The notes beneath the pieces are model-generated. The model saw nothing but the letters and a program-made list of their open reading frames with translations, searched no databases and had not been told where the DNA came from. From an uncultured Chloroflexia bacterium (lineage in GTDB: Bacteria; Chloroflexota; Anaerolineae; Anaerolineales; Villigracilaceae), in NCBI GenBank assembly GCA_963833175.1, contig CAWHXC010000004.1, positions 924-64,923 on the forward strand: 64,000 nucleotides of DNA. Direction: 5' to 3'. The number at the start of each line of letters is the position of its first letter. Within the stretch, counting starts at the first letter, position 1. Below, one piece after another: positions 44,747 through 53,743 of this stretch. A program made the position numbers and the translations under genes.

Positions 44747-47064
44747 ATGAGTCAGAGTAGATCAGAACAAACACATAATATTTCGCGTAACACAAATAAC
44801 GCCACCTCGCTGCAAACGCGATTGGTTTTATTTGTGTTATTCGTAGCACTGGTTCCCTTGATCATCATTGCGACACGCGATACCCTTCAAACACAACAGG
44901 CGCTGACAAATGGAGCCGAGGCTTCCTTGAAATCAAGTGCGTTACAAACAGCGAACAGTCTGGATAGCTTCATTCAAACAACAGTGGATTCAATTGCAGG
45001 TGATGCTCAATTTGTTGATTTCAAATCCTACCTGACATTATCCCCATCAGCTCCGCCTATCGAGGAAGCACGTGCCCTGGATCTGCTGAATAGATTAAGG
45101 GATAAAAGTGGCAGCCATATTGTTTCATATGCACTTGTGGATACAAAAGGAAATGTTCTGCTGGATACGTATGCTTTGAATGCTGGCAACAACGAGTCGG
45201 GAGAAGCATATTTTCCACAAGTGCAATTTAGCGATAAACCGATCGCTTCAGTGGTTACATATTCAGAAGATAAAACGCCCATTATTACTTTTGCCAGCAA
45301 GGTCGAAAATATTAATGGAGAGTATGTAGGGATCTTGCGCGCGAAATATAATGCGGCCATTCTGCAGGATGTTATTACTGACAGTGTGGGTTCATCCACC
45401 GATGCGTCTGTTTTACTACTGGACCCGCTCAATATTCGCATGGCAGATACCCAAAATCCAGAGCTAATACAAAAATCAATAGTACCGCTTGAACAGGTCG
45501 ATTATTTACTCGCCAAAGACTCCCATCGTTTTCTCGATACTCCCCGCGAAGAACAAGCCACAAACTACCTCGATCTTGAGCTGGCGCTTGACAATGTAGC
45601 AAACCAACCCTTTTTCAGAGCTGACATAAGTCCTGATACAGCGGGAGACGATACCTTCGCAGTGGCATTTATGAAAAACCTGCCATGGACTATTGCCTAT
45701 AGCCGCCCAACATCCGCTTTCCTTGCAGATGTTCAAAAACAAATCCGCATAAATATTATTTTAGTTATTACCATATCAATTTTAATTACGATCATCGCGA
45801 CTTTGGTCGTTAGATCCCTTACCAGCCCAATTATTTCCCTTACGAAAACCGCAAACGCCATTTCACAGGGTGATTTAAGTGCGCGGGCTGAAATAAATTC
45901 AACAGATGAGATCGGATTGCTTGCGAACACGTTCAACGAGATGTCCTCACAAATACAAGAGCTGGTAACAGACCTGGAACAACGTGTAGAGCAACGTACT
46001 ACAGAACTGGAGCAACGCACCGTAGAACTTGAAAGAATCACCAGCCAAAGCGAAAAACGCGCAGATGAATTACAAACGATCGCAGAGGTGGCAGGGTATA
46101 TATCAACCGAAAAAGACCTGGAAAGTCTCCTGCCGCTGATAACGCAAACTGTAAGTGAGCGGTTTGGTTACTATCACATTGGCATCTTCCTGCTCAATGA
46201 AAATGGAAAATTCGCCGTTTTGCGGGCGGCAAACAGCCCCGGCGGACAACGAATGCTGGAAAGACAACATAAGCTTGAGGTCGGACAGGTCGGCATTGTG
46301 GGAAATGTGACATCTACGGGAAGTCCGCGTATCGCGCTGGACACAGGCGCAGATGCTGTTTTCTTTAACAACCCCGACCTTCCAGAAACACACTCCGAAA
46401 TGGCTTTGCCGTTAATCGCGCGCGGAACGATCATTGGCGCTTTGGATGTACAAAGTACAATCCCAAACGCATTTACTGAAGCAGACATTTCCATTCTTGG
46501 CTTGTTGGCAGATCAAATAGCCATTGCAATTGATAATGTTCGACTGCTTGAAGAGACCCAAAACGCTCTTAAAGAATCACAAGCTGTTTTTCGTGAATAC
46601 CTTGCCGATGCGTGGCAAAAGAAAGCAACATCTGAAATCCTCGGGTATCATCAGACTCTCGCAGGCGGTCAGTTGATCACTGGCAAGGCAGCCAAAGAAA
46701 TTGACATCCCTTTCAATTCTGAAAAAGATACCCTTGCCGTGCCCATTCGACTCCGCGATCAGGTAATTGGCACACTTAATATCCGCCCAAATAATAATGG
46801 CAGAACCTGGAGTGCTGATGAAATCAATATTGTGCAGGCAGTTACAGAGCGCCTCGGACTCGCCCTGGATAACGCCCGCCTTTTTGAAGAAACATCCTCC
46901 GTGCCTCACGCGAGCATCTCGTTTCAGACATTACCACGAAAATCCGCAGCACGAACGATCCGCAGGAAATGATCAAAACCGCGGTCGAAGAGTTGAAACG
47001 CGTGCTGGGCGCCACGCGCGTCGAGATCGTCCCCCAAAAAATTGCCCCTCCACCGGATAAATAG
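44747..47064 (+). CDS. receptor 12: dCache-HAMP-GAF + permuted GAF tail (frameshift near 46900)
   Basis: ORF 44747..46972; shifted frame gives RASREHLVSDITTKIRSTNDPQEMIKTAVEELKRVLGATRVEIV..stop at 47064. Confidence 0.82.
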
Positions 47065-47081
47065 ACTGGAAAAAGGTAACC

Positions 47082-47870
47082 ATGATAAAAATAATTGCTG
47101 TATCCAACGAAAAAGGTGGTGTAGCCAAAACCACGACCACCATCTCTCTTGGCGGTGCTCTTATCAATTTGGGGTATAACGTTCTACTCATCGACCTTGA
47201 CGCGCAAGCCAACCTCACACTCGCGCTTGGGCTTGAGCCAGGTGAATTTGAGATTACTTCAAGCAATATTATGCTTGATAATGCTCCTCTATTAAGCGCG
47301 CGACGAAAAACTGTTGTGAAAAACCTTGACCTAATTCCTTCCAGTTCGCGCATAGAAACATCCGAACAGTTCCTGCCCGTACGCACAAATTACACTACCA
47401 TCCTGCAGCGCGCCATCGCAAATGCAACCGATCTGGACTATGATTACATACTTCTTGATTGCCCTCCCGCGCTCGGGGCAATCACTCAAAACGCGCTCAC
47501 TGCGGCAAACCTCCTGCTCATCCCAACCCAGGCGGAGTACTTCTCGGCATACGCTCTGCGCAACATGATGGCGCTTATCCGCCGCATTCGGGAAGAGGAC
47601 AATCCCAACCTCGCATATCGCATCCTTGTCACAATGTTGGATAACAGAAATCGCACGCATCGCAATATTCACGATCAACTTCGCTCAACGTTTGGCGAAG
47701 GCGTATTTAATACAGCCATCGAAATAGACACAAAATTACGTGAAAGTTCCATTGCTGGTTTGCCGATCTCGCTTTACAAACCTAGCTCGCGCGGCACCAC
47801 ACAATATCACGTACTCGCTCAGGAGTTAATCGAATATGTCAAAGAAACCGAAAATAGACAAGCGGCTTGA
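47082..47870 (+). CDS. ParA/Soj-family ATPase (orphan; no parB in window)
   Basis: deviant Walker A NEKGGVAKTTT, IDLDAQAN, LDCPPALG, LIPTQAE. Confidence 0.93.
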   Translation: MIKIIAVSNEKGGVAKTTTTISLGGALINLGYNVLLIDLDAQANLTLALGLEPGEFEITSSNIMLDNAPLLSARRKTVVKNLDLIPSSSRIETSEQFLPVRTNYTTILQRAIANATDLDYDYILLDCPPALGAITQNALTAANLLLIPTQAEYFSAYALRNMMALIRRIREEDNPNLAYRILVTMLDNRNRTHRNIHDQLRSTFGEGVFNTAIEIDTKLRESSIAGLPISLYKPSSRGTTQYHVLAQELIEYVKETENRQAA

Positions 47871-50800
47871 CAAGCTCTTCAAGGGCATTGTTCCTGAAGA
47901 AAGCTACTCAAAGCCGCAGGACAACTCAAATGTCCGAAAGGAAGAGCCGCTTCCGTCTGCGGATTCTTTGATCGCCTCAGAACCGCGCCCGGAAACTGCC
48001 TCAAAAAAGGCTGAAGCAGTTTCCCCCCCGATGCCAGCCCAAAGTCACACACCAGCGCAGATATCATCTGAGTCTATCGTCGCCACACAGGAGAACGAAA
48101 ATACAACTTCCTCATACTCGATAAATATACAAACCGGCTATCAAGACTGGGCAACCCTGCGCGTGCTGGATGAAACCAATCAGCGCGAGTGGACACCAGA
48201 CGAAGAACTGCTTGTTCAACAAGTCTCCGATCAATTGTCACTGGCGCTTGAAAATGCACGTCTATTCCAGGAAGCTCAAAAATTCAAACTTGGAATTGAC
48301 AGGACAGACAATGCGGTATTCATTACCGATCCTGAAGGTGTAATTCAATATGTAAACCCTGGCTTTGAAAAAGTATATGGATTCAAAAGTGAAGAGGCAT
48401 TGGGGAAGACACCCCGAATTATAAAATCTGGAGTTATCCCGGATGAACAATACAAATATTTTTGGGGAACGCTTCTAAATGGAGGTACGGTCTCAGGCGA
48501 ACTTATCAATAAAACCAAAGATGGCCGCATCATCCCCATCGCTGGAACAAACAGCCCTATTCTTGATGAGAGTGGAAAAATCCTCGGCTTCCTTGCCGTG
48601 CATCAGGATATTAGTGAGCGCAAAAAAAACGAGGAAGCTCTTGCCAAATCTGAAGCGGATCTGCGTGCATTATTCAGTTCCATGGAAGATATTGTATTGG
48701 TTTACGATCGAGATGGTCGGTATGTGCGCATTGCCCCCACCAATCCATCCCTTTTGATAAAACCACCTGAAGAGCTTCTTGGCAAGTTGATCCATGAAGT
48801 ATTTCCAAAAGAAACAGCAGATCGCTTTCTCATCGCAATTAATAAAACCCTGGATAGCGGCGAAACCAGTCAGATCGAGTATGAGCTGGCTATAAGAAAT
48901 GAAAGCTATTGGTTTTTGGCCAACCTCTCAAAACTCGACGAAGGGAATGTGTTCTGTGTGGCGCGTGACATAACAGAACGCAAAAAGTCAGAAGAAGCGA
49001 TCAGGCGTCGAAACGAATATCTCGCAGCATCCGCCGAGATCAGCAAGTTGGTCACATCCACGCTGGACCTGAACTCGATCTTTGCCCGAACCGTAAACCT
49101 GATCACTGAACGATTTAACTTCTATCATGCGGGTATTTTCATCGTGGAAGAAACGGGTTTTAACGCCGTCTTGCGAGAGGCAACCGGCCGAGCCGGCGCA
49201 GAAATGAAGGAGAGAAGGCATACGCTCCAGCTTAATGAAAAATCCATCGTCGGCAAAGTTACCCTGGATGGACAGGCTGTGGTCGCAAATGATGTTACGG
49301 TTAATCCTTTACATAAGTTTAACCCTCTATTGCCTGAAACTTGCGCAGAAGCTGCTCTTCCCCTGCGAATTGGAAACCGAATTATCGGCGCAATTGATAT
49401 TCAGTCAAAAACAATCGGCGCATTCACAGAAGATGATATCGCTGTGCTACAAACACTTGCAGACCAGGTAGCTGTAGCCATCGACAATGCGCGCTCCTTT
49501 GAACTCTCGCAGGAAGCCGTAATGGAAATGCGCGAGATTGATCGTCTAAAAAGCCAGTTTTTGGCAAACATGAGCCATGAATTACGCACACCGCTCAACT
49601 CGATCATCGGCTTCTCACGTGTGATCATAAAAGGGATTGACGGCCCTGTCACCGAATTACAGCAACAAGACCTGACAGCTATCTATAATTCGGGGCAACA
49701 CCTGCTTGGACTTATTAACGACGTACTTGACCTCTCCAAGATCGAAGCAGGCAAGATGGAACTGGCATTTGACGAAGTGAACATAGCCGATGTGACCAGC
49801 AGTGTACTTTCCACCATGAGCGGACTTATCAAGGATAGGCCGATCCAAATGAAACGCATCATCCAGCCGAATCTGCCAACAGTCCGGGCAGATGCGATTC
49901 GCGTCCGTCAGGTAATGATCAACCTGCTTTCGAATGCATCCAAATTCACAGACGAAGGCGATATCCTCGTAGAAGTCGGACTCAAACCTGGCCCCACTGG
50001 CCGTAATGAATTAAGAGTAAGCGTAACCGATAGTGGCCCGGGCATCGCCAAACAGGACCAGACAAAACTTTTTCAAGCTTTCTCACAAGTGGATGACTCG
50101 CCCACCCGCAAAACAGGCGGCACCGGACTTGGGCTATCCATCTGCCAGCACATCATCAACATGCACGGAGGCCGTATCTGGGTTGAAAGTGATCTGGGCA
50201 AGGGAAGCACATTCCACTTTACGTTACCGCTCTTCCGCAAGGAAAAAGAAGGCGAATCCACCTACGGCGGCAACAAAGTCATTCTTGCAATTGATGATGA
50301 TCCCCAGGTAATTGGGTTATACGAACGTTATTTGCACCCGCAAGGGTATCAGGTTGTCCCATTGTCTGACCCATCGCGCGCAGTAGAGCGAGTAAAACAA
50401 CTTAAGCCCTTTGCTGTGACCCTGGACATTATGATGCCTGGTATAGATGGTTGGCAGGTCTTGGATAGTCTAAAAGGCGATCCCGACACGCGCAACATCC
50501 CTGTCATTGTTTGCAGTATCATTGAAGATTTGGAAAAAGGATTCAACCTTGGCGCAACGGATTATCTTGTTAAACCCATTTTGGAAGACGACCTCGTCAA
50601 CGCACTGGATCGCCTAAATGCCGATGGTTCGATCCGCGATGTGCTTGTGATTGACGATAATCCTGACGATCTGCGCTTGATCGGAAAAATCCTAACCGAT
50701 GATGGCAGATACAAAGCCATACTCGCAGAAGGCGGGCGTATGGGCTGGGATATAATCTCCTCCGGAAAACCGCCGCATGCCGTAATTCTTGACCTGTTCA

Positions 50801-51024
50801 TGCCTGAAGTGGATGGCTTCAAGATTTTGGAGAATATGCAGGCATCTCAAAACCTGCGTGATATTCCCGTAATTGTCATTAGCGGTATGGATCTTTCACC
50901 AGAACAGAAGAATCAATTAAATGAATTCGGTCAACGACTGTTATCAAAGGGATCTTTTAACGAAAAAGAATTACTTACATCCATTCAGCGTTCATTGGAT
51001 AAAGTTCACACAAAAAATAATTAG
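47836..51024 (+). CDS. soluble hybrid histidine kinase: basic N-peptide, partial GAF, PAS, PAS, GAF, HisKA, HATPase, REC, REC
   Basis: FLANMSHELRTPL, NASKF, DSGPGI, GGTGLGL, two receivers (LDIMMP, LDLFMP); no TM segment. Confidence 0.93.
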   Translation: MSKKPKIDKRLDKLFKGIVPEESYSKPQDNSNVRKEEPLPSADSLIASEPRPETASKKAEAVSPPMPAQSHTPAQISSESIVATQENENTTSSYSINIQTGYQDWATLRVLDETNQREWTPDEELLVQQVSDQLSLALENARLFQEAQKFKLGIDRTDNAVFITDPEGVIQYVNPGFEKVYGFKSEEALGKTPRIIKSGVIPDEQYKYFWGTLLNGGTVSGELINKTKDGRIIPIAGTNSPILDESGKILGFLAVHQDISERKKNEEALAKSEADLRALFSSMEDIVLVYDRDGRYVRIAPTNPSLLIKPPEELLGKLIHEVFPKETADRFLIAINKTLDSGETSQIEYELAIRNESYWFLANLSKLDEGNVFCVARDITERKKSEEAIRRRNEYLAASAEISKLVTSTLDLNSIFARTVNLITERFNFYHAGIFIVEETGFNAVLREATGRAGAEMKERRHTLQLNEKSIVGKVTLDGQAVVANDVTVNPLHKFNPLLPETCAEAALPLRIGNRIIGAIDIQSKTIGAFTEDDIAVLQTLADQVAVAIDNARSFELSQEAVMEMREIDRLKSQFLANMSHELRTPLNSIIGFSRVIIKGIDGPVTELQQQDLTAIYNSGQHLLGLINDVLDLSKIEAGKMELAFDEVNIADVTSSVLSTMSGLIKDRPIQMKRIIQPNLPTVRADAIRVRQVMINLLSNASKFTDEGDILVEVGLKPGPTGRNELRVSVTDSGPGIAKQDQTKLFQAFSQVDDSPTRKTGGTGLGLSICQHIINMHGGRIWVESDLGKGSTFHFTLPLFRKEKEGESTYGGNKVILAIDDDPQVIGLYERYLHPQGYQVVPLSDPSRAVERVKQLKPFAVTLDIMMPGIDGWQVLDSLKGDPDTRNIPVIVCSIIEDLEKGFNLGATDYLVKPILEDDLVNALDRLNADGSIRDVLVIDDNPDDLRLIGKILTDDGRYKAILAEGGRMGWDIISSGKPPHAVILDLFMPEVDGFKILENMQASQNLRDIPVIVISGMDLSPEQKNQLNEFGQRLLSKGSFNEKELLTSIQRSLDKVHTKNN

Positions 51025-51038
51025 GAGTTGCCATCACC

Positions 51039-52721
51039 GTGTCTTTTATCATCAAATGCCTTGATTGTGGGCACAACGCGCCGTACTATCCCACCTCCAC
51101 AACATGCCCAAAGTGCAACAGCCAATGGCGTGAAGCAGAATATGATTATGAGATGATTGGGAAAACCCTGCCAGCCAAACTGGCAAGCCGTCCCTTCGAT
51201 CTTTGGCGTTATCGCGAATTATTACCTGTTCGTAATCCTAATATTAGTCTGTCACTCGGCGAAGGCGGCACTCCGCTAATCCGTGCCTTAAATTTAGGTA
51301 TGATGCTGGGATGCCCCAATATTTACATCAAAGATGAACGCCAGGGGCCGACCTCCTCATTCAAGGACAGGCAGGCTTCAGTTACGATCGCCGCATTGAA
51401 AGAAGCGGGAATCACAGAAATGGTAGCCGCATCCACGGGTAACGTTGCGATCTCCTATTCCGCATACGCATCCCGTGCTGGGATGAAATTATGGGCATTT
51501 GTCACAAGCCTTGTGCCTGCGGTGAAAATGCGCGAAATCGCGCTCTATGGGAGTCAGGTCATCAAGATCACCGGTTCATATGACCAATGCAAGCAGGTCG
51601 CATCTGAATTTGCGCGCCAACGCAATTTATATCAGGACATGGGCGCACGCACCATTACTTCCATTGAAGCCATGAAGACTATTGCATTTGAGATCGCAGA
51701 GCAGTTAACTGCAATTCAAGGGGCAGATGCCGATACCACAGCGCCCTGGAGAACTCCCGACTGGTATGTACAAGCTATCAGTGGGGGCATGGGACCCCTC
51801 GGAGTTTATAAAGGTTTTCGTGAAATGAAATATATGGGATGGGTGGACCGCATCCCCGCATTCGCGCCTATTCAAGCAGAAGGCTGTGCTCCAATGGTGG
51901 ACAGTTGGAAAAAGGGATTGGAAAAAGCAGAGCCTGTCACAAACCCAAAGACCCGCATCGAAACACTTGCCACTGGTGACCCCGGTCGATCTTACGAATT
52001 CCTGCGCGAATATGTAAACAGCACAAACGGCGTTTTTGAAAGCGTAAGTGATGAAGATGCTTTCCGTGCCATGCACGTACTGGCAAAGATGGAAGGCATT
52101 TCTGCTGAGCCTGCCGCCGCGGTTGCATTTGCGGGCCTCTTCAAATTAATCCGTGCGGGCATCATCAAACCGAGCGACACCGTTGTTGTCAACTGCACAG
52201 GTCACACCATGCCTGCTGAGCCAAGCATCCTCGGTGATAATTGGTCGCGGGATGTGAAATTCCCAACGAGCAAGGAAACCCCGCAGGAAGGCTTGCTCTC
52301 TGCGCTAACACAAGTTGCCCCGGAACGATTCCCCAAGATCGCCATTGTGGAAGATACTGCCGAAGCACGCCGCCTGATCCGCCGTATTTTACAATCGCAA
52401 GGTAGTTTCACTATTTTGGAAGCCAGCAACGGACGAGAAGGTCTCGAGTTGATCCAACGCGAACTGCCAGACCTCGTCATCCTGGATCTGATGATGCCGG
52501 AAATGGACGGCTTCAGTGTAATCGAAGCCCTGCGCGCCAAACAGGAAACAGCCACCATCCCCGTTATCGTTGCAACAGCAAAAGAACTCACAGCAGATGA
52601 AAAGAGCAGACTCAGTGGTCAGATACAATCCCTGATGCAAAAGGGTGATTTTCTTAACGACGAATTTCTTGAAGAAGTTAAATCGATTAATAAAATAATC
52701 CATTCCTCCTTTCTTTATTGA
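51039..52721 (+). CDS. threonine-synthase-like PLP enzyme fused to C-terminal receiver domain
   Basis: CxxC..CxxC, LWRYRELLP, LGEGGTPL, PTSSFKDR, ASTGN, EPAAA, NCTG; REC VEDT, LDLMMP. Confidence 0.9.
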   Translation: MSFIIKCLDCGHNAPYYPTSTTCPKCNSQWREAEYDYEMIGKTLPAKLASRPFDLWRYRELLPVRNPNISLSLGEGGTPLIRALNLGMMLGCPNIYIKDERQGPTSSFKDRQASVTIAALKEAGITEMVAASTGNVAISYSAYASRAGMKLWAFVTSLVPAVKMREIALYGSQVIKITGSYDQCKQVASEFARQRNLYQDMGARTITSIEAMKTIAFEIAEQLTAIQGADADTTAPWRTPDWYVQAISGGMGPLGVYKGFREMKYMGWVDRIPAFAPIQAEGCAPMVDSWKKGLEKAEPVTNPKTRIETLATGDPGRSYEFLREYVNSTNGVFESVSDEDAFRAMHVLAKMEGISAEPAAAVAFAGLFKLIRAGIIKPSDTVVVNCTGHTMPAEPSILGDNWSRDVKFPTSKETPQEGLLSALTQVAPERFPKIAIVEDTAEARRLIRRILQSQGSFTILEASNGREGLELIQRELPDLVILDLMMPEMDGFSVIEALRAKQETATIPVIVATAKELTADEKSRLSGQIQSLMQKGDFLNDEFLEEVKSINKIIHSSFLY

Positions 52722-52739
52722 TCTTAAAGGCTGGTATCT

Positions 52740-53687
52740 TTGCAAAAAAAACAAACGGCGGGAATTTTAGCCGCTTTCAGTTCAGCAGTATTTCTTGGGC
52801 TGGCGCCAGTTTTCGGAAAACTAGCAATCACGCAGGGATTTACGCCTTTTGCGGTCGTAGCATTACGCACTGGTTTTGCAGCGGGCATACTCCTGCTGGC
52901 AGTTGCACTATTCTACCGAAAGTATCTTTACATCTTCCCAGTTGCCCTGGCTGGGTGTGCTCTTGCAGGCGCTATCAACGGCTTCGGTTCCCTGTTATAT
53001 TATCTTGCGCTGGAAAGACTGGACGCCAGTGTCGGCCAATTGCTTTATTCACTTTATCCATTCTTCGTTGCGCTTTGGCTGATTCTTGACCACCAACCCC
53101 CAAGTCGTCTCACATTCTTTCGTGTGGGCCTTGCCACAATTGCGGTACTACTCCTTACATACGTGCCTAATAGCTCGGTAGATCCGACAGGTGTGCTAAT
53201 GATGATTGGCGCGGCAATACTCTACGCCATGCACTTGCCTATCAATCAACGTGTGCTTTATGAAATCCCCGCACCCACCGTTGCGCTCTACACCCTGCTC
53301 GCAATGAGCGCAGTTGTCATTCCTGCATATTTATTATTTGACCGTGCCTGGCCGTCACCCAACGTCCCGTGGCTGCCTGTGGCAGGGCTAACTTTTGTAA
53401 CTATTTTTTCGCGCATCGCCCTTTTTCTCGGGGTAAAAAAAATCGGCGGGATGCAAACAGCATTATTAGGACTTGCCGAACTTTTGATCGCGATCATCTT
53501 TAGCCACCTTTGGCTTGGCGAAGACCTGACCAAACTCCAATGGCTGGGCGCGGTTGGACTCGGCTTTAGCCTGATCCTGGTTATGTTCGAAAAATCAGTG
53601 GTGCCGACGCATAGTGGCAAGACCGGCTGGTTATCATGGATCCGCGCACCGGATTTGCCAAAGGATATGTTTGGTCCTTATGAATGA
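52740..53687 (+). CDS. EamA/DMT family transporter
   Basis: about ten TM segments, two EamA repeats, LGEDL..LQWLG. Confidence 0.88.
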   Translation: MQKKQTAGILAAFSSAVFLGLAPVFGKLAITQGFTPFAVVALRTGFAAGILLLAVALFYRKYLYIFPVALAGCALAGAINGFGSLLYYLALERLDASVGQLLYSLYPFFVALWLILDHQPPSRLTFFRVGLATIAVLLLTYVPNSSVDPTGVLMMIGAAILYAMHLPINQRVLYEIPAPTVALYTLLAMSAVVIPAYLLFDRAWPSPNVPWLPVAGLTFVTIFSRIALFLGVKKIGGMQTALLGLAELLIAIIFSHLWLGEDLTKLQWLGAVGLGFSLILVMFEKSVVPTHSGKTGWLSWIRAPDLPKDMFGPYE

Positions 53688-53690
53688 AAA

Positions 53691-53733
53691 TAAATAGACC
53701 CTAAAGGCCTTTGCAACCTTTAGGGTCTATTTA
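53691..53733. terminator. bidirectional terminator
   Basis: 17-bp perfect inverted repeat TAAATAGACCCTAAAGG/CCTTTAGGGTCTATTTA between convergent operons. Confidence 0.85.
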
Positions 53734-53743
53734 TGAACTTGAT

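Noticed and set aside
20481-47064. Methyl-accepting chemotaxis proteins or a classical che cluster
   Set aside because: No MCP hairpin signature (LLALNAAIEAARAG-like) and no cheA/W/R/B.
47082-47870. Chromosome or plasmid partition locus
   Set aside because: No parB, rep or recognisable parS palindrome; the gene is embedded in a signalling operon.
20481-49500. Phytochrome or cyanobacteriochrome photoreceptor GAFs
   Set aside because: No conserved chromophore Cys, no DIP or CH motifs.
52718-53089. Short alternative-frame and antisense ORFs here and throughout the ORF track
   Set aside because: They overlap well-supported genes and show no recognisable motifs.
19452-53733. tRNA-anchored genomic island or prophage
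   Set aside because: No integrase, transposase, phage gene or duplicated tRNA 3' end was seen.
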